DNA of 64,000 nucleotides from a virus (Duplodnaviria; Heunggongvirae; Uroviricota; Caudoviricetes). The notes beneath the pieces were generated by a model. The model made no database searches. It worked only from the letters and a program-made list of their open reading frames with translations, and was not told where the DNA came from. Position 1 is the first letter of the stretch, and each line of letters starts with the position of its first letter. The stretch spans positions 309,405-373,404 of IMG/VR virus record IMGVR_UViG_3300003310_000099; one strand, 5' to 3'. Shown one piece after another: positions 34,710 through 45,336 of this stretch. Position numbers and translations under genes: made by a program.

Positions 34710-37700
34710 ATGGGAGCATGTCCTGGTATAAGTGGTGGGATAGATGTATTTACACAATGCTCAAGTGTTCCAGTAAATGCCGATAACATGTATTGTTGTT
34801 CTGGCATAGAAAATAAATTCATCAATTATGATGATCCTTATCTATTTGTTGCTGCGCCTAGTTGTGTAAATTTCAGTTTTTATTATAAAAATGATGACAA
34901 TCAGCCGATGTTGAAATCCCCTTTAAACGGCACTTCACAATCCCCTTGGGTAAGGGTAGCTTTTCAGGAATATTGTGTTGAGGGCAATCGTTCTATTGGT
35001 GCTACGAATCAAACTATTATCACTACTGGAAATGTATCACAGTATGGTGGCGACAATGCCGAAAAATGTACCGCCGCAATTAAAGCATTCCAATATGGTT
35101 GGGGAACCGTTGACTCTGGGAACCGTTGTAGAATAACAATTATTGACGAAGAAGGTGGCGGTTTTGAGACGTGGGCCAGAAGAATGGCAACCAACGCAGA
35201 AGGCGCATCAGCACCAGTAAAAGGACAGTATAAGATGAAGGTGCAATGGGGCTGGTACATTGCAGGAGGAGGTCCAAACGATCAGTGTGGGCAAGGTGCG
35301 GCCCCACCTCCAACTGGAAACAACACATCTGACCCACCTCCTGGGCAAAATACTTCATATAGTATATGCAGCCCAACCTCATGGTTTTTGCCAGATGCAA
35401 TCACAGTAAATTGGGAAAATGGCAAGTTTATATACACTTTAGAGGGCGTTGATTTACTAGTTAGAGGGCAAGAGCAAAGATTGAATAGAGTATTTGGGCA
35501 AGATGGCGGTAGCAATAACCCTTTTAATGTGCCGATGTTTTTTACGGATGCGGTCAAACTTTTAGGCACTTACTCAATGCCTCCTTTCAGACCAAGGTTT
35601 TTATCCTTAAATGCTAGCGGCAAATTAGTCAGCATGAAATTCGCAAGAAGAAAAGGTCCATTGTTAGATGACGAGTGTAAAGGTCCATTTGCACAATGGC
35701 CAACAAGTGAGCTACCGCCCCTGGATATAATAAGAAGGTGGCTTAATGATTTTCCAGTATTGGCGATAGATCAAACAGGTAATATAGAATCGCCAGACAA
35801 AAAAATAGGCATCACATTAAATTATGACTCTATATTGGACCTTACAAGCTCAACTGGTAAATTTCCAGTAGATAGTTGTGAAAAAGATATACAAGGATGC
35901 GGCAGCGACGACCCTACGTCATGTTGCGATCCTAAACTGCCAGAAGTGGGTTCTTTAATTTTGTGGGCTTCTAATGGCGTACCTCATTGTCAATCGAATG
36001 TAACTGGCTTAGATGACAGAATGAAAGCAGTTTATATTGTTAATGGGGGAAATTGCGTAAATGGAAGTAGTGAAATATTGACAGAAGATGGATGGCAAAG
36101 AATAAACAATATTGTTAAAAATAAATATGATGGAAAAGTAGCATGTTTAAATCAAAGTAATGAACTTACTTGGTCAAAAATAAACAATTGGTACAGAAAT
36201 AAAATCAACGATAGAAAATTAATAAAAGTTCATTTACATAATAGTCGTCAAAGAAAAGGTAGCATTAGTGGAGCTATTTTCACTGATGACCATCCAATAC
36301 TAACTGACAGAGGTTATGTAGAAGTAAGACATTTGAACTTAGTAGAACATAAAATCAATTCTGGTACTTATCAGCCTTCAAAGGAAGTACACCAAGCAAT
36401 ATTAGGCATGATGTTAGGTGATGGATATATTCGTAATAAAAGTTACAGTTTTCATTGTGCCCATAGTGAAAAACAAAGAGCATACATTGAGCATAAAGCG
36501 ACTATGCTTGACTTAAAAGTAATAAACAAGCCTACAAAATATCCTACTGTTAAAATTACATCCAAGTCATCTCCTTATTGGAGGTCATTAAGAAAGTTAT
36601 TTTATCCTAATGGCACCAAGATAATTAATGGATATGTGTTAAAAGATTTTAGCATTATATCTTTAGCTTATCTTTTCATGGATGATGGGCATTTGAAACT
36701 AAACAAAAAACTAGCAGAAATAGCGACTTGTGGATTTACGAACGAAGAAGTTGATTTATTAATGGATAAAATCCATGAATTGGGTATTAAATGTTATAGA
36801 AGAAAGGGCAGCAAGTATCCAAGAATTCATTTTAGTGTAGATCAAACTAAAGTGTTGTCAGAAAAGATTGCTCCATATGTGATTGAGTCAATGAATTATA
36901 AAATACTAGACCAACATAGATTTGTCAAGAAATTTAAACTAGATACAAAGCAAGAAATATTTTATGATACTTTTGATTTAGTAAGATGTGAAAAACTAGA
37001 AAAGGCAACAAAATTAGTTTATTGTATAGATGTAGACGATCATCATAATTTTATAACTCATTCTGGGGTTGTGCATAATTGTTCGCCAGTTCTTTCATTC
37101 AATCCAGTAGTCAGATGGCATTTCTTGTTAGGTCTGAAAGCTGGTGGTGTATCATTGCCAATATCTGGTAAACAAAGAAAGCAAACAGAAGGGTTGGCGG
37201 GAACTGGTTGTAATGTTCAAGGTGGACGAAGCGCACTGAGTCAACCTAATCCAAGTCAAGCTGTTGTTGGAACAATGGATCAGCCTGAACAGCAAGTTGC
37301 TGTAGCAAGAGTTTTGCATACGGCAGGCAATTTGATGGTACACGCTATTGAGGCAGAATTAAGGGTACAGGGTGATCCTAGTGCTTGGCTATGCTCACCT
37401 ATTTCTGGGTTTGGCAAATGTGTGGGCATTATATTTATTAATCCATTTTTCTTAAAAGAAGATGCAATAGAGGGAAATTGTCCTGCTTTTAAACAAACTA
37501 CTGCTAATGTATGCAATAATTTTTTAACAAATAAGGGGTGGTTCATAAAAGGTGTAGAGCATCAAGTTAAAGAAGGTAGTTATATTACTACTATAAAATT
37601 AGCTTTGCCTGCGCCTGGGGCGGAATTAAAATTCAGTAGTGATGGTGGTGTAATTACTGGTGTTGGTGGATGGCCAGGTGGCGCTAAAATGAATTTTGGT

Positions 37701-37868
37701 GGAACAAACGCAACTATTAAGCAATACCCACAAGGAGATGTGGCGGCTAATTGGCAAACAGTGCCATACGATAATCCTGGTCCTGATTGCCCAACCGTAT
37801 GTTATCAGGGCGGCGGTTCAGGCATACAGCCTCCAAATGTTGATTGTCCAGAACCTGTCGGAGGATAA
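34710..37868 (+). CDS. Baseplate hub-like protein containing an intein
   Basis: V.WGW, AELRVQGDP, GWFIKGVEH....YITTIKL; lies between the LysM and spike genes. Confidence 0.6.
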   Translation: MGACPGISGGIDVFTQCSSVPVNADNMYCCSGIENKFINYDDPYLFVAAPSCVNFSFYYKNDDNQPMLKSPLNGTSQSPWVRVAFQEYCVEGNRSIGATNQTIITTGNVSQYGGDNAEKCTAAIKAFQYGWGTVDSGNRCRITIIDEEGGGFETWARRMATNAEGASAPVKGQYKMKVQWGWYIAGGGPNDQCGQGAAPPPTGNNTSDPPPGQNTSYSICSPTSWFLPDAITVNWENGKFIYTLEGVDLLVRGQEQRLNRVFGQDGGSNNPFNVPMFFTDAVKLLGTYSMPPFRPRFLSLNASGKLVSMKFARRKGPLLDDECKGPFAQWPTSELPPLDIIRRWLNDFPVLAIDQTGNIESPDKKIGITLNYDSILDLTSSTGKFPVDSCEKDIQGCGSDDPTSCCDPKLPEVGSLILWASNGVPHCQSNVTGLDDRMKAVYIVNGGNCVNGSSEILTEDGWQRINNIVKNKYDGKVACLNQSNELTWSKINNWYRNKINDRKLIKVHLHNSRQRKGSISGAIFTDDHPILTDRGYVEVRHLNLVEHKINSGTYQPSKEVHQAILGMMLGDGYIRNKSYSFHCAHSEKQRAYIEHKATMLDLKVINKPTKYPTVKITSKSSPYWRSLRKLFYPNGTKIINGYVLKDFSIISLAYLFMDDGHLKLNKKLAEIATCGFTNEEVDLLMDKIHELGIKCYRRKGSKYPRIHFSVDQTKVLSEKIAPYVIESMNYKILDQHRFVKKFKLDTKQEIFYDTFDLVRCEKLEKATKLVYCIDVDDHHNFITHSGVVHNCSPVLSFNPVVRWHFLLGLKAGGVSLPISGKQRKQTEGLAGTGCNVQGGRSALSQPNPSQAVVGTMDQPEQQVAVARVLHTAGNLMVHAIEAELRVQGDPSAWLCSPISGFGKCVGIIFINPFFLKEDAIEGNCPAFKQTTANVCNNFLTNKGWFIKGVEHQVKEGSYITTIKLALPAPGAELKFSSDGGVITGVGGWPGGAKMNFGGTNATIKQYPQGDVAANWQTVPYDNPGPDCPTVCYQGGGSGIQPPNVDCPEPVGG
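36054..37079 (+). mobile_element. Intein (342 aa) with LAGLIDADG homing endonuclease
   Basis: Starts CVNGSSEILTEDG; block B FTDDHPILT; GMMLGDG and LFMDDG; ends VYCIDV..HNF..VVHN followed by extein Cys. Confidence 0.9.
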
Positions 37869-40069
37869 TGATAAAAGAATCTTTAGAAAAAATATGGAAG
37901 ATGATTAATCGTCATGAGCAACGATTAAAAGAAATGAACTTCAATGAACAGTTTAATGCTCTGTTCAATAAAAAATTCAACATTTTACAGCAAATGAACA
38001 GCTATTATGGCGTTCATTTAGCTCTTTGTATTGATACGCGCGATCCTTTCAAACAAAATCGAGTAAAATATTTTAGTCCTGTGTTACATACCCCGCTTGA
38101 ATTTAGCGGACTTGGTTTGCCAGGAGGTGGTACTGGACCTAGCCAAGTTACTAAGATATCAGAATTAGAATGGGCTTGGCCGATTTCTTCTATGGGTGGC
38201 TTTGATGACTGTGGTTTGAATTGGGTGCCACCTCCAGGCTCTATGCTAGCTATTATGTTCCTTAATGGCGATGCCAATCAAGCATACTATATCGGTACTA
38301 CATGGTATAGAGATAAAGGCCCAATACAACACGATAATTGGAACTATCAAATACCCGAATATTACAAAGTATATGAAGGTCATCGTCAAGGTTACATGGT
38401 TGGTAAGAATGATGAGTCACAAGTTTTCCCACCACAGAACACTGACAATTACCAAGGTTTTGATGTAGAAGGCAATATAGATATAGATGTAAACCCTGAC
38501 CCAAGTATATTAACAACTTATCCACACATCTACAGCATCAATACACCAGAAAAACATCGTGTAATAATGGACGATGGCGATCCAAAATGTAATCGTAGGT
38601 GGAAAAGACTTGAAATAATTTCCAGTATGGGCAATCTATTTTTGATGAAAGATGACCCATATCATCATTGTGGGGAATGGTTAAATCCGCAGTGCTTCAT
38701 ACCAGCAGTAGATATTATCCCAGAAGTGTGCCAAATATCCATTACAACATACGTTCCCGATGGTGGTGCAATATCTAATATTATTACTTTTGAACCTCAA
38801 GGCAGTCAATATCCTTGCCCGCAAGGACCAGATAACTGCCCAAGACTTGGCGGTGATGATGGTAGTGGTTTACCAGATTATACTTTAGATCAAGAATACC
38901 TTGGCACTGAGTTCCTGTGTCCTTCTAAAACGCCATTCCCAGAAGTAGTGCTGCCTCAAATACCAGAAGATTGTTTAAACGGCATTATCAATGGTTTAAC
39001 GGATATTTGTTTCACTTTTAACAACCTTGGTAAGAACAAATATCAAAAACATAGACAACAATGTTTCCCATATTATTGTCAAGATTGTGGTCTATTACAG
39101 TCTGGTATTCAAATACGCTCACGTTCTGGGGCAACATTGGTCATGGATGATTCGGTAGAAGAACCAAGAGAAAGAACTGAATGGGAAAGAACACTTAAAG
39201 AATTTGATATGGATGGCTGCACAGGCAACTTCAAGGGCAGAACTTACTGGAAGTCTGCAACTGGACATTATATAGAGATGGCAGATATAGAAGTTCAACC
39301 ATCACTGAGAAGTGAAAGAAACGGCATTAATATAGTGACTGCTTGTGGCAACAAAATTTGTTTAAATGACCACACTAAGCCTGGTTGTATCGCTGGAGAA
39401 TTGCGTGGGATTCACATAGAAAGTACATCTAAACATCAGATTGACCTCTGCGACAATACGAACAAGCAGTGTAGTGATATTAGAAGAGGGTGCGAGAAGG
39501 GCGGGCCTTATGCTAAGAAGGCATTTGTTAGGATTAGAAGTGGTTATGGTTTGACAATGACTTTTGCTGATGCTGACGATCAGACCAAGACAGATCAGCA
39601 ATACATTCAAATTATGTCTCCTCAAAAGGATAATTTGATTAGGGGTCCACACGTTTTCCACATGCAAGAGAAGGCAGATGGACCTGGGCAGGTGTTTTTA
39701 AGAGCGGGTGGTGATTACATTGTTTACTCGTATGACCAATTTGTTGAGGTTGTAGGTGAGGAAAAAGACAATCCATCTGATAAGATGGAATTCATTTCTC
39801 GTAACAAGTTGGTTAGTGTAAGAAATGTTTATTACAACAAATCGGGCACGCATGTATTCTGGGCGGATGACTATATATTCTTATTAGCGGGCAGGGATAT
39901 TCCAAATGGCCCTGTGGGTAAAGGCGATCCTGTAATATATCCTGTTTGCGTTGCTTACGAACAAATTCCTGAATATGTTTCACATGTGACTGGTATTAAG
40001 GCTAGTGAACATGTATTCGCTTCGGCTTTGAAGGAACCTGAAGAATGTGAAGGAATTGCAAGTGATTAA
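37868..40069 (+). CDS. gp5/VgrG-like baseplate spike
   Basis: DP..QNRVK, WAWP, VPPPGS....F.NGD...YYIG OB-fold signature; repeated (S/T).SGH..DD strands. Confidence 0.75.
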   Translation: MIKESLEKIWKMINRHEQRLKEMNFNEQFNALFNKKFNILQQMNSYYGVHLALCIDTRDPFKQNRVKYFSPVLHTPLEFSGLGLPGGGTGPSQVTKISELEWAWPISSMGGFDDCGLNWVPPPGSMLAIMFLNGDANQAYYIGTTWYRDKGPIQHDNWNYQIPEYYKVYEGHRQGYMVGKNDESQVFPPQNTDNYQGFDVEGNIDIDVNPDPSILTTYPHIYSINTPEKHRVIMDDGDPKCNRRWKRLEIISSMGNLFLMKDDPYHHCGEWLNPQCFIPAVDIIPEVCQISITTYVPDGGAISNIITFEPQGSQYPCPQGPDNCPRLGGDDGSGLPDYTLDQEYLGTEFLCPSKTPFPEVVLPQIPEDCLNGIINGLTDICFTFNNLGKNKYQKHRQQCFPYYCQDCGLLQSGIQIRSRSGATLVMDDSVEEPRERTEWERTLKEFDMDGCTGNFKGRTYWKSATGHYIEMADIEVQPSLRSERNGINIVTACGNKICLNDHTKPGCIAGELRGIHIESTSKHQIDLCDNTNKQCSDIRRGCEKGGPYAKKAFVRIRSGYGLTMTFADADDQTKTDQQYIQIMSPQKDNLIRGPHVFHMQEKADGPGQVFLRAGGDYIVYSYDQFVEVVGEEKDNPSDKMEFISRNKLVSVRNVYYNKSGTHVFWADDYIFLLAGRDIPNGPVGKGDPVIYPVCVAYEQIPEYVSHVTGIKASEHVFASALKEPEECEGIASD

Positions 40070-40080
40070 TAAGGAAATCC

Positions 40081-40494
40081 ATGCTTAAATATAAAGGAAT
40101 AGTATATCCATTAAGCAAACACCACCAAGGTTTCTTGCATAACGCAAGCTCTGACTTGGAGCAACTGAAATGCAATATGGCTACTATTATTTTAACAGAG
40201 CCTGGGGAAAGGGTTTGTGAACCTTATTTTGGTACTGTCCTGCTTAGGGTTAATTTAAACCGTCCTGAAGAAGTTGTTAAAGATTCATTTAGACAAAATG
40301 TTGCATATGCTTTGAAACAGTGGGAAAAGCGAGTGCAGGTTCAAGATGTTAAGATTAATCTAAATGTATATGAAAATAATTTGATAGTTATGGTAAGTGT
40401 ATATTTCATCAATCCTTTCAATTTGAAAGATATAGAGGAATTACACATTCAGAAATCTCTTGGAGGAATTGATGGCCGACCTATGCCCTTTTGA
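40081..40494 (+). CDS. gp25-like baseplate wedge protein
   Basis: IILTEPGERV..PYFG, WEKRV. Confidence 0.8.
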   Translation: MLKYKGIVYPLSKHHQGFLHNASSDLEQLKCNMATIILTEPGERVCEPYFGTVLLRVNLNRPEEVVKDSFRQNVAYALKQWEKRVQVQDVKINLNVYENNLIVMVSVYFINPFNLKDIEELHIQKSLGGIDGRPMPF

Positions 40495-42040
40495 TGTAAC
40501 ACCATTGGCAGTGTCAAAAATGATAACACAAACTCCAGTTTATAACTTAAACTATACGAGTCAGGATTATCATTCAATGAAAGCAAGAATGCTAGAACTT
40601 ATGCATAGTAATTTTGGCAATGAGTTTAACGATTTTGCTGAGTCAAGTATGGCAGTGATGCTCATTGAATGCTGGGCTTGGTTGGCTGATCTACTGTCAT
40701 TCAAAATAGACCAGATTGCTAGAGAATTGTTCATTGACACAGTTACAGAACCTGAAAATGCTTTTAGACTAGCAAAACTGCTAGGTTTTAGACCACAGCC
40801 ACCATTACCAGCTAGAGCTATGTTCATGGCATCCAAAAATAGCCCACACTCTTTGGACATTTCAATACCGACACCCGCAGTAGTGATATTGGAGACAGAT
40901 GCTAATGAAATACGTTATGAATTATTTGCAGCAGACGTAAACAACAACCCTATTTTTGGGCAAAACATAATTATACCCGCTGGGCGTACATTCAACAATT
41001 CGATAGTCGGATTAGAAGGTTCGAGTCATAACATCAGGCATGTAAGTACAGGCAAAGCAAATCAAGTTGTGAGTCTGCCATATGCATCTGTTTTTTATAA
41101 CTCCATAAGTATAACTTCAAAAGATATTATTTGGGAACAAGTTGAAAACTTCACGGAATCAAGAGCTAAGCCAGAGTATATTGTCGAGTATGATGCAGAC
41201 TATAAACCAACCATAATATTTGGCAATGGCAGAACGGGTATGATACCACCGCAAAACATGGAGCTAAAAATAAGTTTCAGAATTGCGAATAGAACTACGA
41301 CTGAAATTATTACTGGTGCTTTTGAGAACAAGTCTTTTATCACTGTGCCTGGGATTCCTTATGGGATAACAATAGATTTTAAAAACTATACTAAAAGTGA
41401 TTACGGATATCCAGGTGACTCTATCAATGAAATCAGAAGGAAGTTGCCAGAGTTTTTGCGGACACAAAACAGAGGTGTAACAGGTGCCGATTATAAAAAT
41501 TTAGCTAATGGTTTTATGTCTCCATATAATGGTTCAATAGGCAAGGCTACAGCCGTACTAAGAAATCATGGATGTGCAGGCAATATCGTTGACATTATAG
41601 TATTATCGCAAACTGGTAATTACAAACTAGTGAAGGCCAATGATAATTTAAAAACGGAACTTATTGAACACTTAAATAATAAGAAGATGTTTACAGATTA
41701 TTTATGTGTGAAAGATGGAGAAATAATCTTAGTAGATATTCATCTGGACGTTGTGTTAAATAAGATTAACAAGAAAGCAGAGGATGCCATCAGGAGAAAA
41801 ATAATAGATATACTGGATTGGTTTTTTGATTTACCTAATTGGGAGTTTGGCCAGTCGCTTAAAGACACAGACGTAATAAAGGCTTTATCCGAAGTACAAG
41901 AAGCAACAAGTTTCGGCGTTACTTTTATTACACCACAAAATATCGACATGTTGGATAATGCAGTAAACCCTAAATATAACGAGATAGTAAGGCCAGATAA
42001 CATCAATATAAATTTCAATTATAAATCTTCTGGAGAATAA
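40472..42040 (+). CDS. Baseplate wedge subunit (gp6/J-like)
   Basis: YTSQDY, FNDF.ESS, E.FIDT, IFGNG..G.IP, RGVT..DY. Confidence 0.8.
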   Translation: MADLCPFDVTPLAVSKMITQTPVYNLNYTSQDYHSMKARMLELMHSNFGNEFNDFAESSMAVMLIECWAWLADLLSFKIDQIARELFIDTVTEPENAFRLAKLLGFRPQPPLPARAMFMASKNSPHSLDISIPTPAVVILETDANEIRYELFAADVNNNPIFGQNIIIPAGRTFNNSIVGLEGSSHNIRHVSTGKANQVVSLPYASVFYNSISITSKDIIWEQVENFTESRAKPEYIVEYDADYKPTIIFGNGRTGMIPPQNMELKISFRIANRTTTEIITGAFENKSFITVPGIPYGITIDFKNYTKSDYGYPGDSINEIRRKLPEFLRTQNRGVTGADYKNLANGFMSPYNGSIGKATAVLRNHGCAGNIVDIIVLSQTGNYKLVKANDNLKTELIEHLNNKKMFTDYLCVKDGEIILVDIHLDVVLNKINKKAEDAIRRKIIDILDWFFDLPNWEFGQSLKDTDVIKALSEVQEATSFGVTFITPQNIDMLDNAVNPKYNEIVRPDNININFNYKSSGE

Positions 42041-43870
42041 ATGGGAATTAAAAAGTATACGGATAATCCCACTATAAATGATACCATTATTTTCGATCTG
42101 ACCACAGAGAGTGATGATGGTATGTATGCAGACCCATTCTCCGTTGAAAAAATAACAATATTTTACTTAGAAAAGAGAGCAAATAACAATAAGAGAAAAA
42201 TAGAAAAGAAATTCTACAATCCAGACCTGCAAAAAAACTACGAGGAATTTAAAGAAATAGCTTTAAATGATCCTTCACATGGTAATATAAAATTACTGAA
42301 AGATATTAAAACAAAGCTTGATACGACTGCTACAAGTACAGACATTTATTATAGAGAAGCACAGTTTGTCATGTCAACGCTTGCTCCGATCTGGACGGCA
42401 GATGGCAAAGTAAGAAATATTGTTAATATTACAGATAAGAATAAAAATCCTATTCCTGGCAGGTTCTTTTTTGCATGGATGCCTAAAGGCATGAGAGAAG
42501 GCGATTATATTATTAGATGGGAATGGTTTAATGAAAACAATGGCAATATAAAATCGGCAGAAAAAGTGTTTAGTATAAGTCCAAGTCAAGAAATATCAAC
42601 AAACAATGTGAACTTGGTGCCTAGAGACAAATACGATTTTTTGTTAAGGAAATATATTCCAGCGATGTATTTCGTCAAAACCAAAGTAAACGATTTAACC
42701 CCAAATGTTTTGGAAAAACTGAACAAAACAATTGGGCAATGTTTTATTGAAATCGAGGACATGGTAAGTAATCTTTTTACGCTGTCCGATGCAAACTCCA
42801 TCAAGGCAGATTTTTTGCCGTTGTTAGCTAACAATTTCGGCCTCACCTTAAGGTCAGATAGCACAGATGCTTGGAGAAATCAAATAAGATTTGCCTCTAG
42901 ATTATACAAAAAGAAAGGCACTTATGAAGGTCTAAAACAGGCTTTAGACAAAGCTGGGATTACTCTTCTGAAGCTTACTAATCTTTGGCAAGTCGTTTCT
43001 AAGTGCAATTGGATGGACGGATTTTTAATAGATAAAGACATAAACTTAGACACACAGATTATAGGATATTTGTCTAAAAAGCCTATTAATGACGATATAA
43101 GTATTGATATTAGGTCTTCTGATAGTGATGAGTATCTTGTGCTTCCTAAAGACATTATTAGTTTTCAAGAGGTGCAGGCACCTGAAACAAAGACAGCAAT
43201 TGTTTGGCAGGGCGGCTACACAGACCCACAGATACCCTTGATTAAGGGTGATATTATCAGGATCAAATACCAATATAACAGGGTTTCAGACAATGACTTA
43301 GCTATTGAAAAATATATAGAAGGGCTATCCTTAGCCGACCAAAGAAATGAACTGGAAGTAAAATACCCACTCAAAAACTGGAATATAAAGCTCATAGAGG
43401 AAGACGATCCTTTGTTCGATTTATTGGTAAAAGAAAGAAATCCTTTCTATCCACAAACTGTGTTTGGCAAGATCAGAACCACGTTTCTTTATAGTGAAAA
43501 AGTATTCAATATGGACACCTATAATGGTAGTTTATACAACTCCAATAATCCGTGTGATATTGACAAAGATTTCGTAGATACTTGCAGTGGTGGACGAAGT
43601 AGTAAATTTAATGTATATCTAGAATTCGATAAAGTGACTGACGATAAAATTAAAGAAGCAAAAGAAATCATTATAGATTATTCGCCATTCCATGCTATTT
43701 TACATAATATAATCATAAGCAGCAAAACAACCGATTATGTTTTGCCACCTGTTGAGTCAATCAAAAACGATATCAAAGAAGATAAGAAGAAAGAAAAAAT
43801 AAGTTTTGGTGAGGCTATTAACTGCAAAATAAAATACAAAGATGGAAGGGAATTGGAGGGAATAATATGA
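42041..43870 (+). CDS. Baseplate wedge/tail protein (P2 I/gp7-like domain)
   Basis: FLPLLANNFG..WRNQI...LYKKKGT; PFHA. Confidence 0.65.
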   Translation: MGIKKYTDNPTINDTIIFDLTTESDDGMYADPFSVEKITIFYLEKRANNNKRKIEKKFYNPDLQKNYEEFKEIALNDPSHGNIKLLKDIKTKLDTTATSTDIYYREAQFVMSTLAPIWTADGKVRNIVNITDKNKNPIPGRFFFAWMPKGMREGDYIIRWEWFNENNGNIKSAEKVFSISPSQEISTNNVNLVPRDKYDFLLRKYIPAMYFVKTKVNDLTPNVLEKLNKTIGQCFIEIEDMVSNLFTLSDANSIKADFLPLLANNFGLTLRSDSTDAWRNQIRFASRLYKKKGTYEGLKQALDKAGITLLKLTNLWQVVSKCNWMDGFLIDKDINLDTQIIGYLSKKPINDDISIDIRSSDSDEYLVLPKDIISFQEVQAPETKTAIVWQGGYTDPQIPLIKGDIIRIKYQYNRVSDNDLAIEKYIEGLSLADQRNELEVKYPLKNWNIKLIEEDDPLFDLLVKERNPFYPQTVFGKIRTTFLYSEKVFNMDTYNGSLYNSNNPCDIDKDFVDTCSGGRSSKFNVYLEFDKVTDDKIKEAKEIIIDYSPFHAILHNIIISSKTTDYVLPPVESIKNDIKEDKKKEKISFGEAINCKIKYKDGRELEGII

Positions 43871-44331
43871 ATGAATTATTAGTACCTAAAGGATACATTC
43901 AGGCTAGAATAAAATACAAAAATGACAAAATTGAAATATTGAGGTTTAAAAACCAAGTATTAAATAACGGGAAGAGTTTTCTGGCGAGATGTTTGCTAGA
44001 AGAAAATAAAAGCACTGTTCATGTCGCAAACATGCTTTTTGGAGATGGCGGCACTGTAAACGGTAATCCAAAAGAAGTTTCTCCAAGTGCGCAACATTTA
44101 AATGGTGTGACCAGGATTAAGAAGTCAGTGGTTTCACAAATTGATCCTGAGTCACCAATGCAGGCTATTTTTACAGTCATTATTGGCGAAGAAGAAGGTA
44201 ATGATTTCACCATGAATGAAATGGGCCTTGAGCTTAGTGATGAAAGTCTTTTTAGCTTATCAACTTTTGCAGATTTCAACAAAACAGACCAAATGGAAAT
44301 TACTTGGAGTTGGTCCATCGCATTCATGTAA
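43867..44331 (+). CDS. baseplate/tail-fibre-proximal protein
   Basis: NQVLNNG, FGDGG, NEMGL, KT....I.W. Confidence 0.55.
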   Translation: MNELLVPKGYIQARIKYKNDKIEILRFKNQVLNNGKSFLARCLLEENKSTVHVANMLFGDGGTVNGNPKEVSPSAQHLNGVTRIKKSVVSQIDPESPMQAIFTVIIGEEEGNDFTMNEMGLELSDESLFSLSTFADFNKTDQMEITWSWSIAFM

Positions 44332-44339
44332 GAGGTAGA

Positions 44340-44858
44340 ATGTATAAATTATATAAATACAAGCCCATAAAAATAGGGTTTGTAATCCTGTGTCAAAATT
44401 GCAATTTTGCACACCTTAAAAACACATTAAATTCAATAAATGTCTATTATCCTACTGCCAAAACAACCTTGGTTGTCCAAGATAAATGTGAAGGCTACCC
44501 AAAAGCCATAAAGGGTGGGGACACACTGATATCTATGATGAACAAAGGTTTGAAAGAACTGTCTGCCGAATGGAATTTAATTGTATATGCAGATGGATGG
44601 ATTAAGGATCGGTTGGATATTAAGTATTCTTATTTCATAGAATCAAATAAAGACATTCTCTACCCAATATCAAAAAGCAGAAGCACTAATTACAATTTTA
44701 TATCCCATGATAAAGGAATGATGATACATAAAAAAGCATTTGCAGATATAGGAGAATTCCCAGATGAATCTACGGAAATAAGTAGATTGGCGTGGGCGGC
44801 ATCAGCTTTGGATAAAGGGTACAAATTTAAAGGGGTGGTTGGCGGCAGGTTTTTTTAA
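44340..44858 (+). CDS. degenerate glycosyltransferase (GT-A-like) protein
   Basis: TLNSI, N.GL...W, MMIHKKAF.DIG.F. Confidence 0.4.
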   Translation: MYKLYKYKPIKIGFVILCQNCNFAHLKNTLNSINVYYPTAKTTLVVQDKCEGYPKAIKGGDTLISMMNKGLKELSAEWNLIVYADGWIKDRLDIKYSYFIESNKDILYPISKSRSTNYNFISHDKGMMIHKKAFADIGEFPDESTEISRLAWAASALDKGYKFKGVVGGRFF

Positions 44859-44894
44859 GTTTAAAATTGATAGCATAACAACTATTATATCTTT

Positions 44895-45326
44895 ATGCCA
44901 AATATAATTCAAGATTTTACTAATAGTATTGGAATTGCCATTACTTTAGACAGTTTAGCGAACGGTAGTTCAGCTGTTTCATCCGCCATTAATAATAGCA
45001 CAACTAGATATCTTTCAGGAAATATTCAGGTCAAAATCAGAACAGGTATTGGCACATCTGCAACTGGTACTGTAACCATCTACATTTTGAGAAGCGTAGA
45101 TGGCGGTGTAACTTATGATGATACTAATGCTAATGCTGAAATCATGGGTGTATTTAATGCTAATGTAGACGCTACGGATTATAGGTTCAGTGTTGATACT
45201 AACGTTGTAGGCAGTTTACCTGATTATTGGAAGCTCGCTGTAACTAATAATAGTGGTGCCGCATTTGATGCTACACCTGCTAATTTCAGTGTAACCATGT
45301 TGGCTAAATCACTATTAATTGTATAA
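44895..45326 (+). CDS. putative virion beta-sandwich protein
   Basis: ITLDSLANG, SVDGG.TYD. Confidence 0.55.
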   Translation: MPNIIQDFTNSIGIAITLDSLANGSSAVSSAINNSTTRYLSGNIQVKIRTGIGTSATGTVTIYILRSVDGGVTYDDTNANAEIMGVFNANVDATDYRFSVDTNVVGSLPDYWKLAVTNNSGAAFDATPANFSVTMLAKSLLIV

Positions 45327-45336
45327 AAAAGGAAGC

